A DNA stretch of 64,000 bases, from the IMG/VR virus record IMGVR_UViG_3300025012_000028, positions 124,001-188,000 of that record, one strand, 5' to 3'. This document shows positions 49,092 through 60,716 of this stretch, piece by piece. The translations under genes and the position numbers were made by a program. Within the stretch, counting starts at the first letter, position 1. Each line of letters starts with the position of its first letter. The notes beneath the pieces were generated by a model. The model ran no database searches and had not been told where the DNA came from. It saw only the letters and a list, made by a program, of their open reading frames with translations.

Positions 49092-50981
49092 TTAAATTAT
49101 TAATGTAAATGATTCAACTGATGTAATGAATTTACGGTATAATGGTTGTTTGTTGGATAAATAAACAACTGTACCCAAATCCCATTGATGTGTAATAGGA
49201 TTAAACAATCTATGTTCTATATCTTCTACATATGATATATCAGTACAGGTGATTACTTCATTATCTATATTTAGATATTTAGGTTCGTGACATATTGCTA
49301 TCTGTCTATATATCCCATCATAAATATCAAACAATTCGGAACTTTTGCCAAGTTGTACATCAACCATTATAGAAGTCATATCAAATTTTAAGGCATCTTC
49401 ATAAGAAGAACAAAGAGCAAATTCGATTGATATATTGGTTGTTGATGGTTCATGTAACATCACTTGTGGGTTAATTCTTGTGTCTGTGGTGGAAGGTATA
49501 ATATCTATAGTTCCTAATGGTTTATCGACTCCAATATACATATTATTGTAGTCGATGGATGTGATTGTAAAGTAAGAAGATAAAGGGTAATATGTATTAC
49601 TGGTTGTTTGTTTTCTAAACCTAATTTTATCTCCCACAATAAAATCGACAGACCATAAATATAGACGCTTATCAGTGGAAAGATAAGGCGCACCATTTGG
49701 TTTTGGTCGGATATTGCCATACCTAATAATTCCTGAAGAGTTGAGAATATCGATGGTGTGAATCTTTTTGGATGTGGTAGTAAAACCATAATCTTCAATA
49801 TACTTTCGTTTTTCTTCTGAACTTCTTATCTCCCTCACAAACGAGAAGTTAGTATATAAACTTCCATCTGTTGATGGATACTCTTTCTGTAACCGAATTA
49901 AGTTTTTTATATCGAAAAGACTAGCTTCAATATTACCATGTCTCAAATATGAATTGGATAGGGATGGTGGAACAGCATCAGATACCGACGAAAAGTCATG
50001 AATTTTTTCATTGAAAATGGCTAAAGTATTATTGGGCGACTCGTAAGTTATTTTTAATGTAGCTTCTTGTGCCACAAAATCTTTGAAAGTGAAAATAATA
50101 TATCTGATACCTTTCGAATCCACATTAAAGATATTATTGTTTATGTGTTTTAAATATAAATTAGGTGAAATTTGTAAGTTGTTGGAATCGGCCAAATAAA
50201 AATAAAACCCAGAAGAGCTATTAGAAATATTAACATATTCCAAATATTCATTATTAATCTTAGTAGTATTGATTGTCTCATCCAAACCAACTGTTCCAAA
50301 TCCATTGTCAGACAATCCTTTGATCACCACTTCTCCCAATAAAGAAGTATACTTCACCAAATTTAAAACCTTCAAAGTATCAAACCTAGAAGAATGATTT
50401 GAGTCTGGGGGCGAACTCAATACTAACTTTACATTTTCTGTATATGAAATATAATCTTCAGGTATTTCTTTAATCTTCACCATATTAGAAATTATGGGGT
50501 GAAGAGGATAAGTATCATTCTGATCCACAAAAATATAATATTTATTTCCATTTTCATTATTCAAAAACTCTGAATGGTTATATGGTAAACCTTTTATCGA
50601 ACACCAACTATTATTCATATGAATTAGTGTTAGATTGACATCCTCTAATTCTTCAATAGAAGAATAATTATTCATATTTGAATTAAAATCGGATGTGGTA
50701 GATATTGTTTTATATATTCGGATCTTCGTAAATGATTGGGATATATCATAACCACTACAATTCTTATCTACAAATAACCCATCAGTTTCGATTCCTGAAG
50801 CTAAAATGTCTGTGATGCTATCGACATTGGGTGGTAAAGAAATATTAATCAAAGCACAACTACCCCAAGCTTCTTCTGAACGTAGAAACGCAAGATAAAA
50901 ATTTTCCTTTTCGAATTCTTTGAAAAGTAACTTAGTATTAGAATTTATATGCGATCCAGAAATTTGATTATAGTTATTCAT
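49092..50981 (-). CDS. baseplate wedge protein (gp8-like)
   Basis: YLAFLRSEEAW, YRQIAI..EP and GTVVYLSNKQP.YR....E.F..I gp8-type termini. Confidence 0.6.
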   Translation of the reverse strand: MNNYNQISGSHINSNTKLLFKEFEKENFYLAFLRSEEAWGSCALINISLPPNVDSITDILASGIETDGLFVDKNCSGYDISQSFTKIRIYKTISTTSDFNSNMNNYSSIEELEDVNLTLIHMNNSWCSIKGLPYNHSEFLNNENGNKYYIFVDQNDTYPLHPIISNMVKIKEIPEDYISYTENVKLVLSSPPDSNHSSRFDTLKVLNLVKYTSLLGEVVIKGLSDNGFGTVGLDETINTTKINNEYLEYVNISNSSSGFYFYLADSNNLQISPNLYLKHINNNIFNVDSKGIRYIIFTFKDFVAQEATLKITYESPNNTLAIFNEKIHDFSSVSDAVPPSLSNSYLRHGNIEASLFDIKNLIRLQKEYPSTDGSLYTNFSFVREIRSSEEKRKYIEDYGFTTTSKKIHTIDILNSSGIIRYGNIRPKPNGAPYLSTDKRLYLWSVDFIVGDKIRFRKQTTSNTYYPLSSYFTITSIDYNNMYIGVDKPLGTIDIIPSTTDTRINPQVMLHEPSTTNISIEFALCSSYEDALKFDMTSIMVDVQLGKSSELFDIYDGIYRQIAICHEPKYLNIDNEVITCTDISYVEDIEHRLFNPITHQWDLGTVVYLSNKQPLYRKFITSVESFTLII

Positions 50982-51011
50982 TTAAACCTCAATATAAATA
51001 TACTTTATTGT

Positions 51012-51054
51012 TATTTATAACAAAAAAACCTCCCATATCAATGGGAGGTTTTTT
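51012..51054 (-). promoter_or_regulatory. terminator followed by late promoter TATAAATA
   Basis: AAAAAACCTCCCAT...ATGGGAGGTTTTTT hairpin; TATAAATA at 51012-51019. Confidence 0.75.
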
Positions 51055-51074
51055 GAATTGTGGGGTTTTACAAA

Positions 51075-53402
51075 TTAAACCAATGTACCTTCTGATGTAA
51101 AAACAGGAGCTACATAGGACACGACACCACCAATAACGGTGTTGGTTGCGGTAGTATCTACAGTCACATTAGTTCCGGATATAGAGACTACTTTTTTTGA
51201 TGTGGTTCCTCCAATCCCCGCTACAGTGATGAAGTTTCCAACAACAATACCGGATGTACTATCTACCACGATCACATTGCTTCCTGCTGTGGTATTTCCT
51301 GTGGTATTTCCTGAGTTCAATGTTCCGGCAGTTCCAGCAGCAGTACATGTCCATGCGCGTATTTGCCCCACTAAGGCGGGAGTTCGTACCACTCTATCAT
51401 TAATTTTCCATGTGCCAGTAGTAGGAATTGCTGATTGATAAACTGTCCGATATGCATTGGTAACTATAGTCGCATGACTTCCGCTGATAGATGATGCGAT
51501 ATTATTCAGTATGTAACTCTTACCAATACAATATATCACATCACTATAATTGCCTTTTAGAACATTATTGGTGATGATTGCGGTGGCATTAACGTCACCG
51601 CCCACTAACATAGAATATGAGTCATATGAATTGTTGGTGATTGTGTTACCATCAAATATTGACGTACCCGTCAAAGATGGGTTCAATACTACGGCACTAT
51701 TGCCCCCATCAAAATGCGCCCCCATCACAGAACTATGCTCTGCATAAGCAATATATAGAGTACGCTCGGTGTTTTTGAAGATACCACCTTGGATCTTGAT
51801 ATATGCGTTGGCCGATAATGATCTAAATCCGTTTCGCACTGTTGAGTTTAGACCTACCTGTAAATTATGGAACTCCAACTTTTTATAGGTAGAATCGCTT
51901 TCTATCAACACCCCATATTCTGCATTATCCACTCTGACATTTGATATTATCACGTTCTGTGTGGGGTAACCAACAAAGTAGAGTCCCTCTGTTCCTTTAC
52001 CGACATAGACAGTCGGGGGGTCGGGTGGTACTGATGCGGGTGGAATAATTACTGTGGTGTCTGTGTAACCACTCCCACCATCATCGACAATGTAATTAAC
52101 CACTTTATCACTTTCATCGCCCGTACCAAGCACAGCATGTATCTGTGCGATTCTTCCACCCGCTCCGTAAATGCGAACATTCGGCGCGGTAACATAACCC
52201 TCTCCTAACGTTACGGGCGTCACGGCAGTGACAGCATCACCTATTACCGTGGCAATTGCTGTAGCACCCGATCCACCACCATCATTTGCTAGGTAGCCAG
52301 AAATCCGCACGTTGTCGATAAAACCAACCACATTACCCGAAAACCGAATACCATGTGTCGAGGTTGCTAACGTGTTTCGCATCCAACAATTGTTGATATT
52401 AAAGGTAGTTGTTTGGTAAGTGGTTGGGTCCATACCACCCACACTCATACAATCCCTATAATGAGATCCATCAAATTTACATTCACTGATATTACAGTTT
52501 CTTGATTCCCACAAATAAATATTGGATCTAGGAGTACGTCCGAAATAACAGCGAGAAACATAAACATCGTTAGACATTGATGTAATGAACCCATACCCAA
52601 CTCCAATGTCACCGGGAAGGTCTTTGATGATCATATCTACCATTTTAAATCCATCTACTTTGTAGATATGAACTCCGGTCGTACCATTTGTTGTGGTAAC
52701 TTCGGATATATTACCATCAATTGTTATTCCATATATGGCAATATTTTTGGTGAACGACGATGGATCAGTATTTTCGTCCCAACTAATTGTGGTATCATTT
52801 CCTAAGAAGTACCTAGTAGTAGTATAACTCCCCGCCTCAAGTTTGAGTGTTGCACCATAACCCATGATGGTGGTATTATCATATATGCGCAACAGATCAC
52901 CACTGACAGTATAGGTTTTTCCTGATGTAAACTCCACTGTCTGTCCTGCTCCTGCCTTTAGTGCCTGAATTATTGCGGGGGCATCGTTAGTACCCTCACC
53001 TTTGGCACCAAACCACCCAACTTTAACTGTACCTTTTAATCCAGTTATATACCCTGTACCATCAAATTTTTGTTCGTCAGTCCATTTTGATGTACTGCCA
53101 CCATAAAAAATGCTATGTGATCCATGAATTATCTTTGCTCCATTGAATGGAAGTAACTCGATGTTAGATTCAATTGATAGAGGAGCAGTAATTGGTAAAT
53201 CTGTTTCATATACCAATGCAACTTTGGTTGTAGTTCCTATAGCACTGACTGCTGCGACTAAAGAACCATATTGAGCAACATTTACCCAAGGGTGAAGATC
53301 CTTCAATTTGGTATGGACGTTATCACCATCTTGAACTAACGGCAAAAGTTCTTCGCCAGTTAAGGAGGTCACGTTAGTAGTTTCTGAAATCTTCTTAGAC
53401 AT
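51075..53402 (-). CDS. tailspike (beta-helix depolymerase)
   Basis: MSKKISE N-terminus; V.WFGAKG.G..DA.AI.QA; beta-helix repeats; PTTGTW...D.V C-terminus. Confidence 0.85.
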   Translation of the reverse strand: MSKKISETTNVTSLTGEELLPLVQDGDNVHTKLKDLHPWVNVAQYGSLVAAVSAIGTTTKVALVYETDLPITAPLSIESNIELLPFNGAKIIHGSHSIFYGGSTSKWTDEQKFDGTGYITGLKGTVKVGWFGAKGEGTNDAPAIIQALKAGAGQTVEFTSGKTYTVSGDLLRIYDNTTIMGYGATLKLEAGSYTTTRYFLGNDTTISWDENTDPSSFTKNIAIYGITIDGNISEVTTTNGTTGVHIYKVDGFKMVDMIIKDLPGDIGVGYGFITSMSNDVYVSRCYFGRTPRSNIYLWESRNCNISECKFDGSHYRDCMSVGGMDPTTYQTTTFNINNCWMRNTLATSTHGIRFSGNVVGFIDNVRISGYLANDGGGSGATAIATVIGDAVTAVTPVTLGEGYVTAPNVRIYGAGGRIAQIHAVLGTGDESDKVVNYIVDDGGSGYTDTTVIIPPASVPPDPPTVYVGKGTEGLYFVGYPTQNVIISNVRVDNAEYGVLIESDSTYKKLEFHNLQVGLNSTVRNGFRSLSANAYIKIQGGIFKNTERTLYIAYAEHSSVMGAHFDGGNSAVVLNPSLTGTSIFDGNTITNNSYDSYSMLVGGDVNATAIITNNVLKGNYSDVIYCIGKSYILNNIASSISGSHATIVTNAYRTVYQSAIPTTGTWKINDRVVRTPALVGQIRAWTCTAAGTAGTLNSGNTTGNTTAGSNVIVVDSTSGIVVGNFITVAGIGGTTSKKVVSISGTNVTVDTTATNTVIGGVVSYVAPVFTSEGTLV

Positions 53403-53426
53403 TATCAATCCCTCTTAAAATATACT

Positions 53427-55178
53427 TTAGGTTTCATCTTCTAATATTATTTCGCCTGATTCTGTTGTCATCACATCACCATCTTCGGTTAAACATACAC
53501 TTTGGAGAAAGGAGAAATCAGTTTCCAACATTAATTCTTCACCACTTATTTCAAAAATAAACGATCCATCATTTTCAGTTAACAAATAATTTTCAGACAC
53601 AAACTCTTTTTGTATTGTATGAACAAAATCATTATTTATCAATGTGACCGAAAGAATGAACTCACCGGACAATAAAGATAAAGGAACTTCTGAGAAAAAG
53701 AGTGGATCGTTAGTCTGAAGTTCTTGAAACACATTTCCCGTATTTTTATTTATGATCTTAAATAAATATTGTAATGCTACACCAGTCAGTAAATATTCCA
53801 TACTGATATAATACATGTTTTCATTTTTGTTCATTATTTGAACTTTAAATTTACTAGGTATATCTAGCAAAGATAATAGTTCAATATCATTATAATCATA
53901 TTCAGTACTATAAATAGAAGGTTTGAAATTGATTCTATTATGTGTTTCAAAATCCCCCACAGCAGCACCTTCATAATAATAAGGAACTGCTGTGGTTGTG
54001 CTAAGATTCTTATCCAGATATGAAACTGGATATTCTATCAATTGACCGATATTAGATTTGATGATGCTTTGTTCGTGTATCAGACCCATGATATTAATGT
54101 TGGGTAATATGGTAGAGGTATCAATGAAAATATATTCATCTCTCCACGAAACTGGATGGACAATATGCTTTATGTATTTTGTCCAATAAAACTTTGGTAG
54201 GTTGGATGTGATTCGGTATGTGAAATTCTTTTCACCTTCTTCCACTAAATAAAAATATCCACCCATTGCTTCACAAAACAGCCCGAATAAATTTTGTATG
54301 CCTACCAATACACCTTGTATAGAAGAGTGAAGCAGTTTGTGGTTATTAAATAAAAGTTTTTTTATTTCAATCACCAAATCTTGATTTGATGCTTGTTCTT
54401 CTAAAACAGTTATATAATTCTGATATCCATCCAAATATTGAGATATATATAAAGTCTCAAATTGTTTTGTAATATTTTCTTGGATTAATATTGGAGGTTC
54501 TATTTTTCCTTGGTGGTTGAGAGTGGGAGAAAATTGATAATTAAATTTATTTCCATTGAATATATCAGAAAAATTTTTCCGTTTGAATATGGGATTGATT
54601 GGGGCATTTGGAAAATTTATAACGAGTGACGTTTGATTTTCAGTGACAAAATCAAACGTCACTATATTTCGTTCATCGGACCACCCAAACATAATGTTAA
54701 AGTCGATATGAACCGAATAAATGGTTTGGTATTCGAAAATTGTTTTGGAGGAAACCCCACCCTTTGGCCCACTCAATAAAGAAATATTTACAACACCACC
54801 CTCTATTTCGTTACATTGAAAAAGTAATTGAGTAGAATCTTTAATATTCTGTGGTATAAGTGTTTCTGTTTTTTTTCTATAAAGTTGAACTGCTAAATTT
54901 TCATTTTCACCTTCATATGAATAGAGAGTCTTATTTTTATTATTGGTTAAAATAAACTGACTTAAAATGTCAGTTATGTTTGTAAATGTAGATAATATAT
55001 AATTAACATCACCATATTGAGCTTCAAAGTATTGTGATTCTGCATCGTTCAAAAAAATGGAGAAAGAAAAATAATCTTCAACCAACAAATCTTTCGACAA
55101 GTCATTGTTAATTATTATTGTAAATTCTCTAAGGTTGTTTAAACTATCATATAAAGTAATCGGTACAGATATTGACAT
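53427..55178 (-). CDS. baseplate-associated protein (gp7-like position)
   Basis: K.IVHP.SW motif; C-terminal LLTENDG / LTEDG / TTESGEIILE repeats; located in the wedge module. Confidence 0.5.
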   Translation of the reverse strand: MSISVPITLYDSLNNLREFTIIINNDLSKDLLVEDYFSFSIFLNDAESQYFEAQYGDVNYILSTFTNITDILSQFILTNNKNKTLYSYEGENENLAVQLYRKKTETLIPQNIKDSTQLLFQCNEIEGGVVNISLLSGPKGGVSSKTIFEYQTIYSVHIDFNIMFGWSDERNIVTFDFVTENQTSLVINFPNAPINPIFKRKNFSDIFNGNKFNYQFSPTLNHQGKIEPPILIQENITKQFETLYISQYLDGYQNYITVLEEQASNQDLVIEIKKLLFNNHKLLHSSIQGVLVGIQNLFGLFCEAMGGYFYLVEEGEKNFTYRITSNLPKFYWTKYIKHIVHPVSWRDEYIFIDTSTILPNINIMGLIHEQSIIKSNIGQLIEYPVSYLDKNLSTTTAVPYYYEGAAVGDFETHNRINFKPSIYSTEYDYNDIELLSLLDIPSKFKVQIMNKNENMYYISMEYLLTGVALQYLFKIINKNTGNVFQELQTNDPLFFSEVPLSLLSGEFILSVTLINNDFVHTIQKEFVSENYLLTENDGSFIFEISGEELMLETDFSFLQSVCLTEDGDVMTTESGEIILEDET

Positions 55179-55186
55179 AATTACCT

Positions 55187-55954
55187 TTAAATATCAGATT
55201 CCAGCATCTCAAGAAATGTTTTAGTTAGGTTGGGCATAAAATTATATTCTTCAAAATATTTTGGTTTGAACATATTCTTGTAAAATAAAGATGGATAATA
55301 ATGATTGTCATTTAATAATATCGTTGTGGATGACTCTACTATCATATTATTTATGATGAAAGGAAACTCAGAAGTTACGATACAATCACGCATTTCAACT
55401 TTAACTCCACTAATGACCACATCGAATAAAGGTGTCTCTTCATCATATAAAAAAATCTGTGACAAATTAAAATATGACCCACCATTGAGAAATTTATATA
55501 GTATTTCATACTCTTCTTGAGAAACCACGATTGGTATATTGTTCTGTGTATAAAAAGAAAATATTTGGTTATTATAATAATCGATCTTTATAATTTTCCC
55601 TTCCATCTTTTCTATTATTATTTGATCTGCCTCCTCCAAACCACTTTCATCTAATGAAATTGATGAGAATTTATAATAATTAAATTTGCGCCATGTTATA
55701 TTATCCAAGGAATAATAAAATGATACATCACCTACAAAATTGGACGAATACTCTAAATCAACAAACCGAATGGTTGAGGGTGCAGAAAGAAATAAAGTTA
55801 GATCGATATTTCTTACAACGGGTTCCGTGATAATTAGTTCTATTTCATCACGGAACCCATATTCACCTTCAATATTATCAACTTCGGTCATGTCCGCTGA
55901 GTATGTGGTGCAGTTTAATTTATTCTTTTGATTATAAACTAAATTAAGGATCAT
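55187..55954 (-). CDS. hypothetical baseplate-module protein
   Basis: Coupled to the gp6-like gene. Confidence 0.55.
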   Translation of the reverse strand: MILNLVYNQKNKLNCTTYSADMTEVDNIEGEYGFRDEIELIITEPVVRNIDLTLFLSAPSTIRFVDLEYSSNFVGDVSFYYSLDNITWRKFNYYKFSSISLDESGLEEADQIIIEKMEGKIIKIDYYNNQIFSFYTQNNIPIVVSQEEYEILYKFLNGGSYFNLSQIFLYDEETPLFDVVISGVKVEMRDCIVTSEFPFIINNMIVESSTTILLNDNHYYPSLFYKNMFKPKYFEEYNFMPNLTKTFLEMLESDI

Positions 55955-58900
55955 TATATTGTTTCCACTTCTCTAACATTGGTGATGATAAATTGATTGA
56001 ATTTAGTATCGAACTCTGTTTTGTCTGTTTTAAACCGTATAATATCCATTTGTATATCGCTTGAGTTGTAATTCTCATATTTGAAAATATCACTCAATGG
56101 TGTGATGCCTCTACTCTCTGTGATATCATCCAATCTCTCATTGATCTTGGGAAATAAATTCAACACTCCATTGTAGTAGTCTAATTCACCTATAGAAACA
56201 TTGTGATGTACATCTTCCACATATATCACCATCACGTTATCTGTTTTTTGATCTACCTTTAGGTCTGCATTAAAACCTTCATTATTGATTTCTATTTTAT
56301 TTAGTTGATAAACATTTGCTGGTTTTGCTTTGACCCAATTGGTTCCAGTATAAATTAAGAGGTCTTTATGTTTGAAAAGTTTATTACCATTATATAATGG
56401 TACAGATAACCTAGAATCGTTATTGAAGTTTCCCGAATCAACCACTTCAACCATATCTCCAACGTTTGCCGTCTGTGCATCAGCAATTGGTGTTAAACCC
56501 AATACTGAGAATTTTTTCCATAAATCATCACCACCGATATATATAATTTGTTCACCCGAATTATATTGTGTGGTATTTGTTTGTCCATTGAAGTTTTTGT
56601 TTGGTGCTACATCGGATGATATTATTTCAAATACATCACCCATCTCAATATTAATAGGAAATTCTGAATTAGAATTTACAACATCAATGTTATTCTCATA
56701 TATATCATCATCGAAAATTTTCCATTTGTCAGATCCAATATAAATTATATAGTCTCCACCATTGAGAAGGTTGTCTGATGGTGGATTAACAAACTTCGAA
56801 AGTTGATCTGTGATATCAATATCTGCGACGATTTTGAAAATTTGATAATAGTATGGTGTTTCGGGTAATGATTCAATGTCTGAAGTTGGTTCGGCATGAA
56901 CATAAACACGATCATAATTGAAGTATTCTTGGACCGATCCGACCTTGAATGATGCACCAGTACCAGTACCAACATAAGCCTCTATTTCTAATTCTTGATT
57001 TGATAAAAACCCATATGCCGAATATAAAACCAACACGGAACTCACTTTACCAGTAGTTTCCAATGAGTTTACATTGAATGATGCACCAGTACCAGCACCA
57101 ATATAGGATTGGACAGTCAACAATTCGTTAGTCGAAAATCCATAATCGGAAGTAGAAATTGCAATTGAATTGATACCGGCATTTCCAACAGAACCTACTT
57201 TAAAAGTTGCACCAGTACCAGTACCACCATATGTCTCCACAGTTAAAACTTCATTTATTAAGAAATTATAATCGGAAGAAGATATTGAGATGCTAGCAAT
57301 TCCAAAACCCCCGTTCACTGTTATATTTCCAGATATCAAATCACCATTCAAGTTTTTAAGAACAATATTTTCTCCATTAATATACCCCTCACCATCTGTC
57401 ATCAATGTGATTGATGTACACTTATATGTGACGTTAATGGTTCCAGCTACCACATCATTGTCCGTATTCTTTAATATAATAGATTCGTTTGCAACATATC
57501 CACTACCTTTGAGATTGATGTTGATTCCATTACATTTGTATGATGCTGTAATGAGTCCAGATGTCAAATTCCCCGAAGCATTTTTAAACTCAATATTTTC
57601 GCCCGAAATATAACCAGTTCCACCAGTCACCACTTCTATTTCGGAACATTTAATTCCTATTAAATCGTTAATATTTTCAACCAGATACCAACCAACTCCA
57701 ACTAACTTGTTCTCATCGTTGTTATAGATCATCAGGTCGCCATTAAAAACTTTCTTGCTTGTGATCGATTCCCAAGTCAGATCATTCTTTATGCGATATA
57801 AATTATCGATTTTGTTGGTTTCTAATGATGGATAAGTCACCGAAACACCTTCAACATCATGTATTTGATCGACTATCACCTTCACCAACATATCATTTTC
57901 TAATTTTTTTGGTAGAAGTTGGCTAGAGTCTACAGTTTTAGCGACAAAATTGACTGTCGTGGTGTCCATAATTTCTTCATTATATACAACATAATCCGAA
58001 CCACTAGTAAATATATCACCCTGCTCAAAGTTGGTATTGAGTAGATTAAGATTTAAACAAGATACAGTTCTTTTTATTTGACATTTGGTCAACCCATCTT
58101 CCCCAACAAACCCAAAATCATTTGGAAAATAATTGATACCATGAACTCTATCATATACGAAATCGGTAAATAAGTAATAATCGCCCTCTTCATTCTGTGA
58201 AAAATCTATATTATTAAAATTGGAAGAGTCAATATACCCCCTGAACTTTTCAATAGAATTTATTTCTAAAACTGCCACAATTTTATTATTCAGTTTGATG
58301 TTGGAATAAATCGCATTTACATTTTCAAAAGACCAATTTGTAATCTTTGAACTCATATTTACAACATCATAATTTCCCGATGTGATTGAGACATTAAACA
58401 AATCATTCCTACTATCAATCAAGAGTTGTGATGTATATGTGTTAGTTAACAACTCCAACGAATAACTATTTACAGAATTGGTGATAATTTTAAAAGGACT
58501 TTTATCGTTTTCATTACCATAAAATTGGTATTTGGTTTCATCTATACCGAAATAAAATAAAAGATCTTCCTTCTGTATCGAAGTAATAGTGGGTGAACCA
58601 TCAACAACTTTTAAGGTCGCCACTTCTTTATCTATAATTATACCACCAATTTCATATGAAAAAACTATTTTTCTATTGATCACTGAACCTTCAGCAACTT
58701 CGACCACTTTGACCACAACATTTCTTTTGAAAGAATCTTGATAATTATAAGTTTTAAAATAAAGAGAGTCGGAAACCAAAACCAAATCTATGATTTTAAC
58801 ATTTTTTATATCCCTATTATAAATATTTCTATGTAAAGAAGGGTTTATAAGGCCACCCGACCCCGAAAATAAAGAACAGTCAGAAGGTGCGATATTCGTT

Positions 58901-60681
58901 TGAAGATAATTCAACAAAACCAGTTTTGAAATGTACTGATCAATAAAAATTTCTGATAAGGAATCGGTGGTTTTATTTAAAATATTCCAATCTTCTGTGG
59001 GGAGTAGTTCAGTTTTAATAATGTCTATATTAGTTTTGATAAAATTGGTCGATTCGACAAAATTCCCTGTAGTGTCCCTCACATCAACAACCGGAAGATA
59101 TAAAGCATTAGTAGTGTTTGTAATTCCCGAAACTGTATTATTGTTGATGATGAATGAATGAACAAACTTAAGCTTATAAGATTTGATTGATTCTAAATCG
59201 TTGATATCGGAAATTGTAGATTCTCTGAAAGGAATCTGTAAAGCATTATATTTGCCGTCGTAATAATCTTTTAATAATTTCTTAACTTGTATTTTTATTT
59301 TATTTTTGGTTGTAGTTGTTAAGTCCTTATCAATCTCAATGGTTGGAATAACATCAACCATGAGATAATTAGGATTCCAAAAGTGACGTTTGGTGGCTGT
59401 TACAACTCTCGATTTGATTTTGGCAATTATCTCATTCTTTATATTGGATGATATATAAATATTATTATCATTCAAGAATTCAGATATATTGAATGTTGGA
59501 GTTAGACAGAAATATATATTACCTAACTTAGAGTCATCTGGAAATAGTTCATCCCCACCGATGACAGAATAAGAACCAACACCATCCGTATTGGAAAGTT
59601 CAAATAGATAATCATAAGTTTTAGTTATACTTCCACCAGACGCATATACTTTCGGTGCGCTGAATTTAATGCTATCTAAGGATTCAACATCAGATCCTCC
59701 TGAAGATTTGTTATATATATTTTGATATAAAGTAGTTTCGAAGTTATTAATATTGAAGTTGTTTCCTATTGACAACTTACTCACATCATAATAAACGTAA
59801 GTATTCGGTAAACCATCTTTGGTTAAAGATGGTGGAAGTGATGTTAAGTTCTCATTGTTTGCAGCATAACCTTTCGTTTCGAAGTATTCACATATAATGA
59901 CGTCTGTATCTGAGGGTACAGTCGCATTCACATTGGAATTACCAAATACAATCCTTGGAAAACCTTCTAAGGTAATATCTTCCTCAAGATAAAAAATCTT
60001 TGAAGAAAATATTTCATTGAAGTTTTTAATTAAAGACCATTTATAATCCAACAATTCGTTGATGCGATAAGGCTGTTCTAATAAGTTATATTCTGCCAGT
60101 TTTGACATCGGTACTACGAAGAGAGAGAAATTTTCCTCATCCACATTTTTATTGTTAATGAGGAATGAAAAATTAGATTCTCCTGTTGGATAAGTAATAT
60201 TATACTGAAATGATCCTTGGGATAGAAGGTATTCACCCTCCAACTCCGTAGGATTACCATTGTACTTAAGTTCAATGGGTTGCATATTGAAGTATATGTT
60301 TCCAAAACTACCTTGGAAGGGCGAACGAGAATAGATGATCAACTTACTATTCTCGTTGAAGTTACTTCCATTGTAGACCAGTTTCCCGCTGAATTTTGCA
60401 GAGTAAGGACGTTTGGGTGTATAGTTAAGTTCCTTAGCCTTGGAAACCCCATTCTTTCGAATCTCCGTCGAATCCAGAAAGATGTTATTCGCCAAAAGAG
60501 AAGTATTAAACCCCTCGATCATGGCGATATACGACATACTATCAATAAAATAACTTAGGTTACTAGAACTAAAATCGAATTGACCACCATTTAGCGTGGA
60601 GTCGGACGATTTCTGGTTAAAGTATTCGATTGTCTGTTTTTTAATGTCCTGAAATTTTAAAAGATTGAGCGCCAATTTCAT
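55954..60681 (-). CDS. 6: baseplate wedge gp6-like protein, greatly extended (1575 aa)
   Basis: LKFQDIK, FDF.SSNLS...D..SY, FLDS...R....S.AK.LNYTP, FGN, GGSD.ES.DSIK..AP and T..DY motifs. Confidence 0.85.
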   Translation of the reverse strand: MKLALNLLKFQDIKKQTIEYFNQKSSDSTLNGGQFDFSSSNLSYFIDSMSYIAMIEGFNTSLLANNIFLDSTEIRKNGVSKAKELNYTPKRPYSAKFSGKLVYNGSNFNENSKLIIYSRSPFQGSFGNIYFNMQPIELKYNGNPTELEGEYLLSQGSFQYNITYPTGESNFSFLINNKNVDEENFSLFVVPMSKLAEYNLLEQPYRINELLDYKWSLIKNFNEIFSSKIFYLEEDITLEGFPRIVFGNSNVNATVPSDTDVIICEYFETKGYAANNENLTSLPPSLTKDGLPNTYVYYDVSKLSIGNNFNINNFETTLYQNIYNKSSGGSDVESLDSIKFSAPKVYASGGSITKTYDYLFELSNTDGVGSYSVIGGDELFPDDSKLGNIYFCLTPTFNISEFLNDNNIYISSNIKNEIIAKIKSRVVTATKRHFWNPNYLMVDVIPTIEIDKDLTTTTKNKIKIQVKKLLKDYYDGKYNALQIPFRESTISDINDLESIKSYKLKFVHSFIINNNTVSGITNTTNALYLPVVDVRDTTGNFVESTNFIKTNIDIIKTELLPTEDWNILNKTTDSLSEIFIDQYISKLVLLNYLQTNIAPSDCSLFSGSGGLINPSLHRNIYNRDIKNVKIIDLVLVSDSLYFKTYNYQDSFKRNVVVKVVEVAEGSVINRKIVFSYEIGGIIIDKEVATLKVVDGSPTITSIQKEDLLFYFGIDETKYQFYGNENDKSPFKIITNSVNSYSLELLTNTYTSQLLIDSRNDLFNVSITSGNYDVVNMSSKITNWSFENVNAIYSNIKLNNKIVAVLEINSIEKFRGYIDSSNFNNIDFSQNEEGDYYLFTDFVYDRVHGINYFPNDFGFVGEDGLTKCQIKRTVSCLNLNLLNTNFEQGDIFTSGSDYVVYNEEIMDTTTVNFVAKTVDSSQLLPKKLENDMLVKVIVDQIHDVEGVSVTYPSLETNKIDNLYRIKNDLTWESITSKKVFNGDLMIYNNDENKLVGVGWYLVENINDLIGIKCSEIEVVTGGTGYISGENIEFKNASGNLTSGLITASYKCNGININLKGSGYVANESIILKNTDNDVVAGTINVTYKCTSITLMTDGEGYINGENIVLKNLNGDLISGNITVNGGFGIASISISSSDYNFLINEVLTVETYGGTGTGATFKVGSVGNAGINSIAISTSDYGFSTNELLTVQSYIGAGTGASFNVNSLETTGKVSSVLVLYSAYGFLSNQELEIEAYVGTGTGASFKVGSVQEYFNYDRVYVHAEPTSDIESLPETPYYYQIFKIVADIDITDQLSKFVNPPSDNLLNGGDYIIYIGSDKWKIFDDDIYENNIDVVNSNSEFPINIEMGDVFEIISSDVAPNKNFNGQTNTTQYNSGEQIIYIGGDDLWKKFSVLGLTPIADAQTANVGDMVEVVDSGNFNNDSRLSVPLYNGNKLFKHKDLLIYTGTNWVKAKPANVYQLNKIEINNEGFNADLKVDQKTDNVMVIYVEDVHHNVSIGELDYYNGVLNLFPKINERLDDITESRGITPLSDIFKYENYNSSDIQMDIIRFKTDKTEFDTKFNQFIITNVREVETI

Positions 60682-60716
60682 GTGGAGGTTACCTTATTTT
60701 GGTTGTTTGTATTTAT

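Noticed and set aside
50993-51000. Plus-strand TATAAATA
   Set aside because: No plus-strand gene follows; likely chance in a very AT-rich intergenic stretch.
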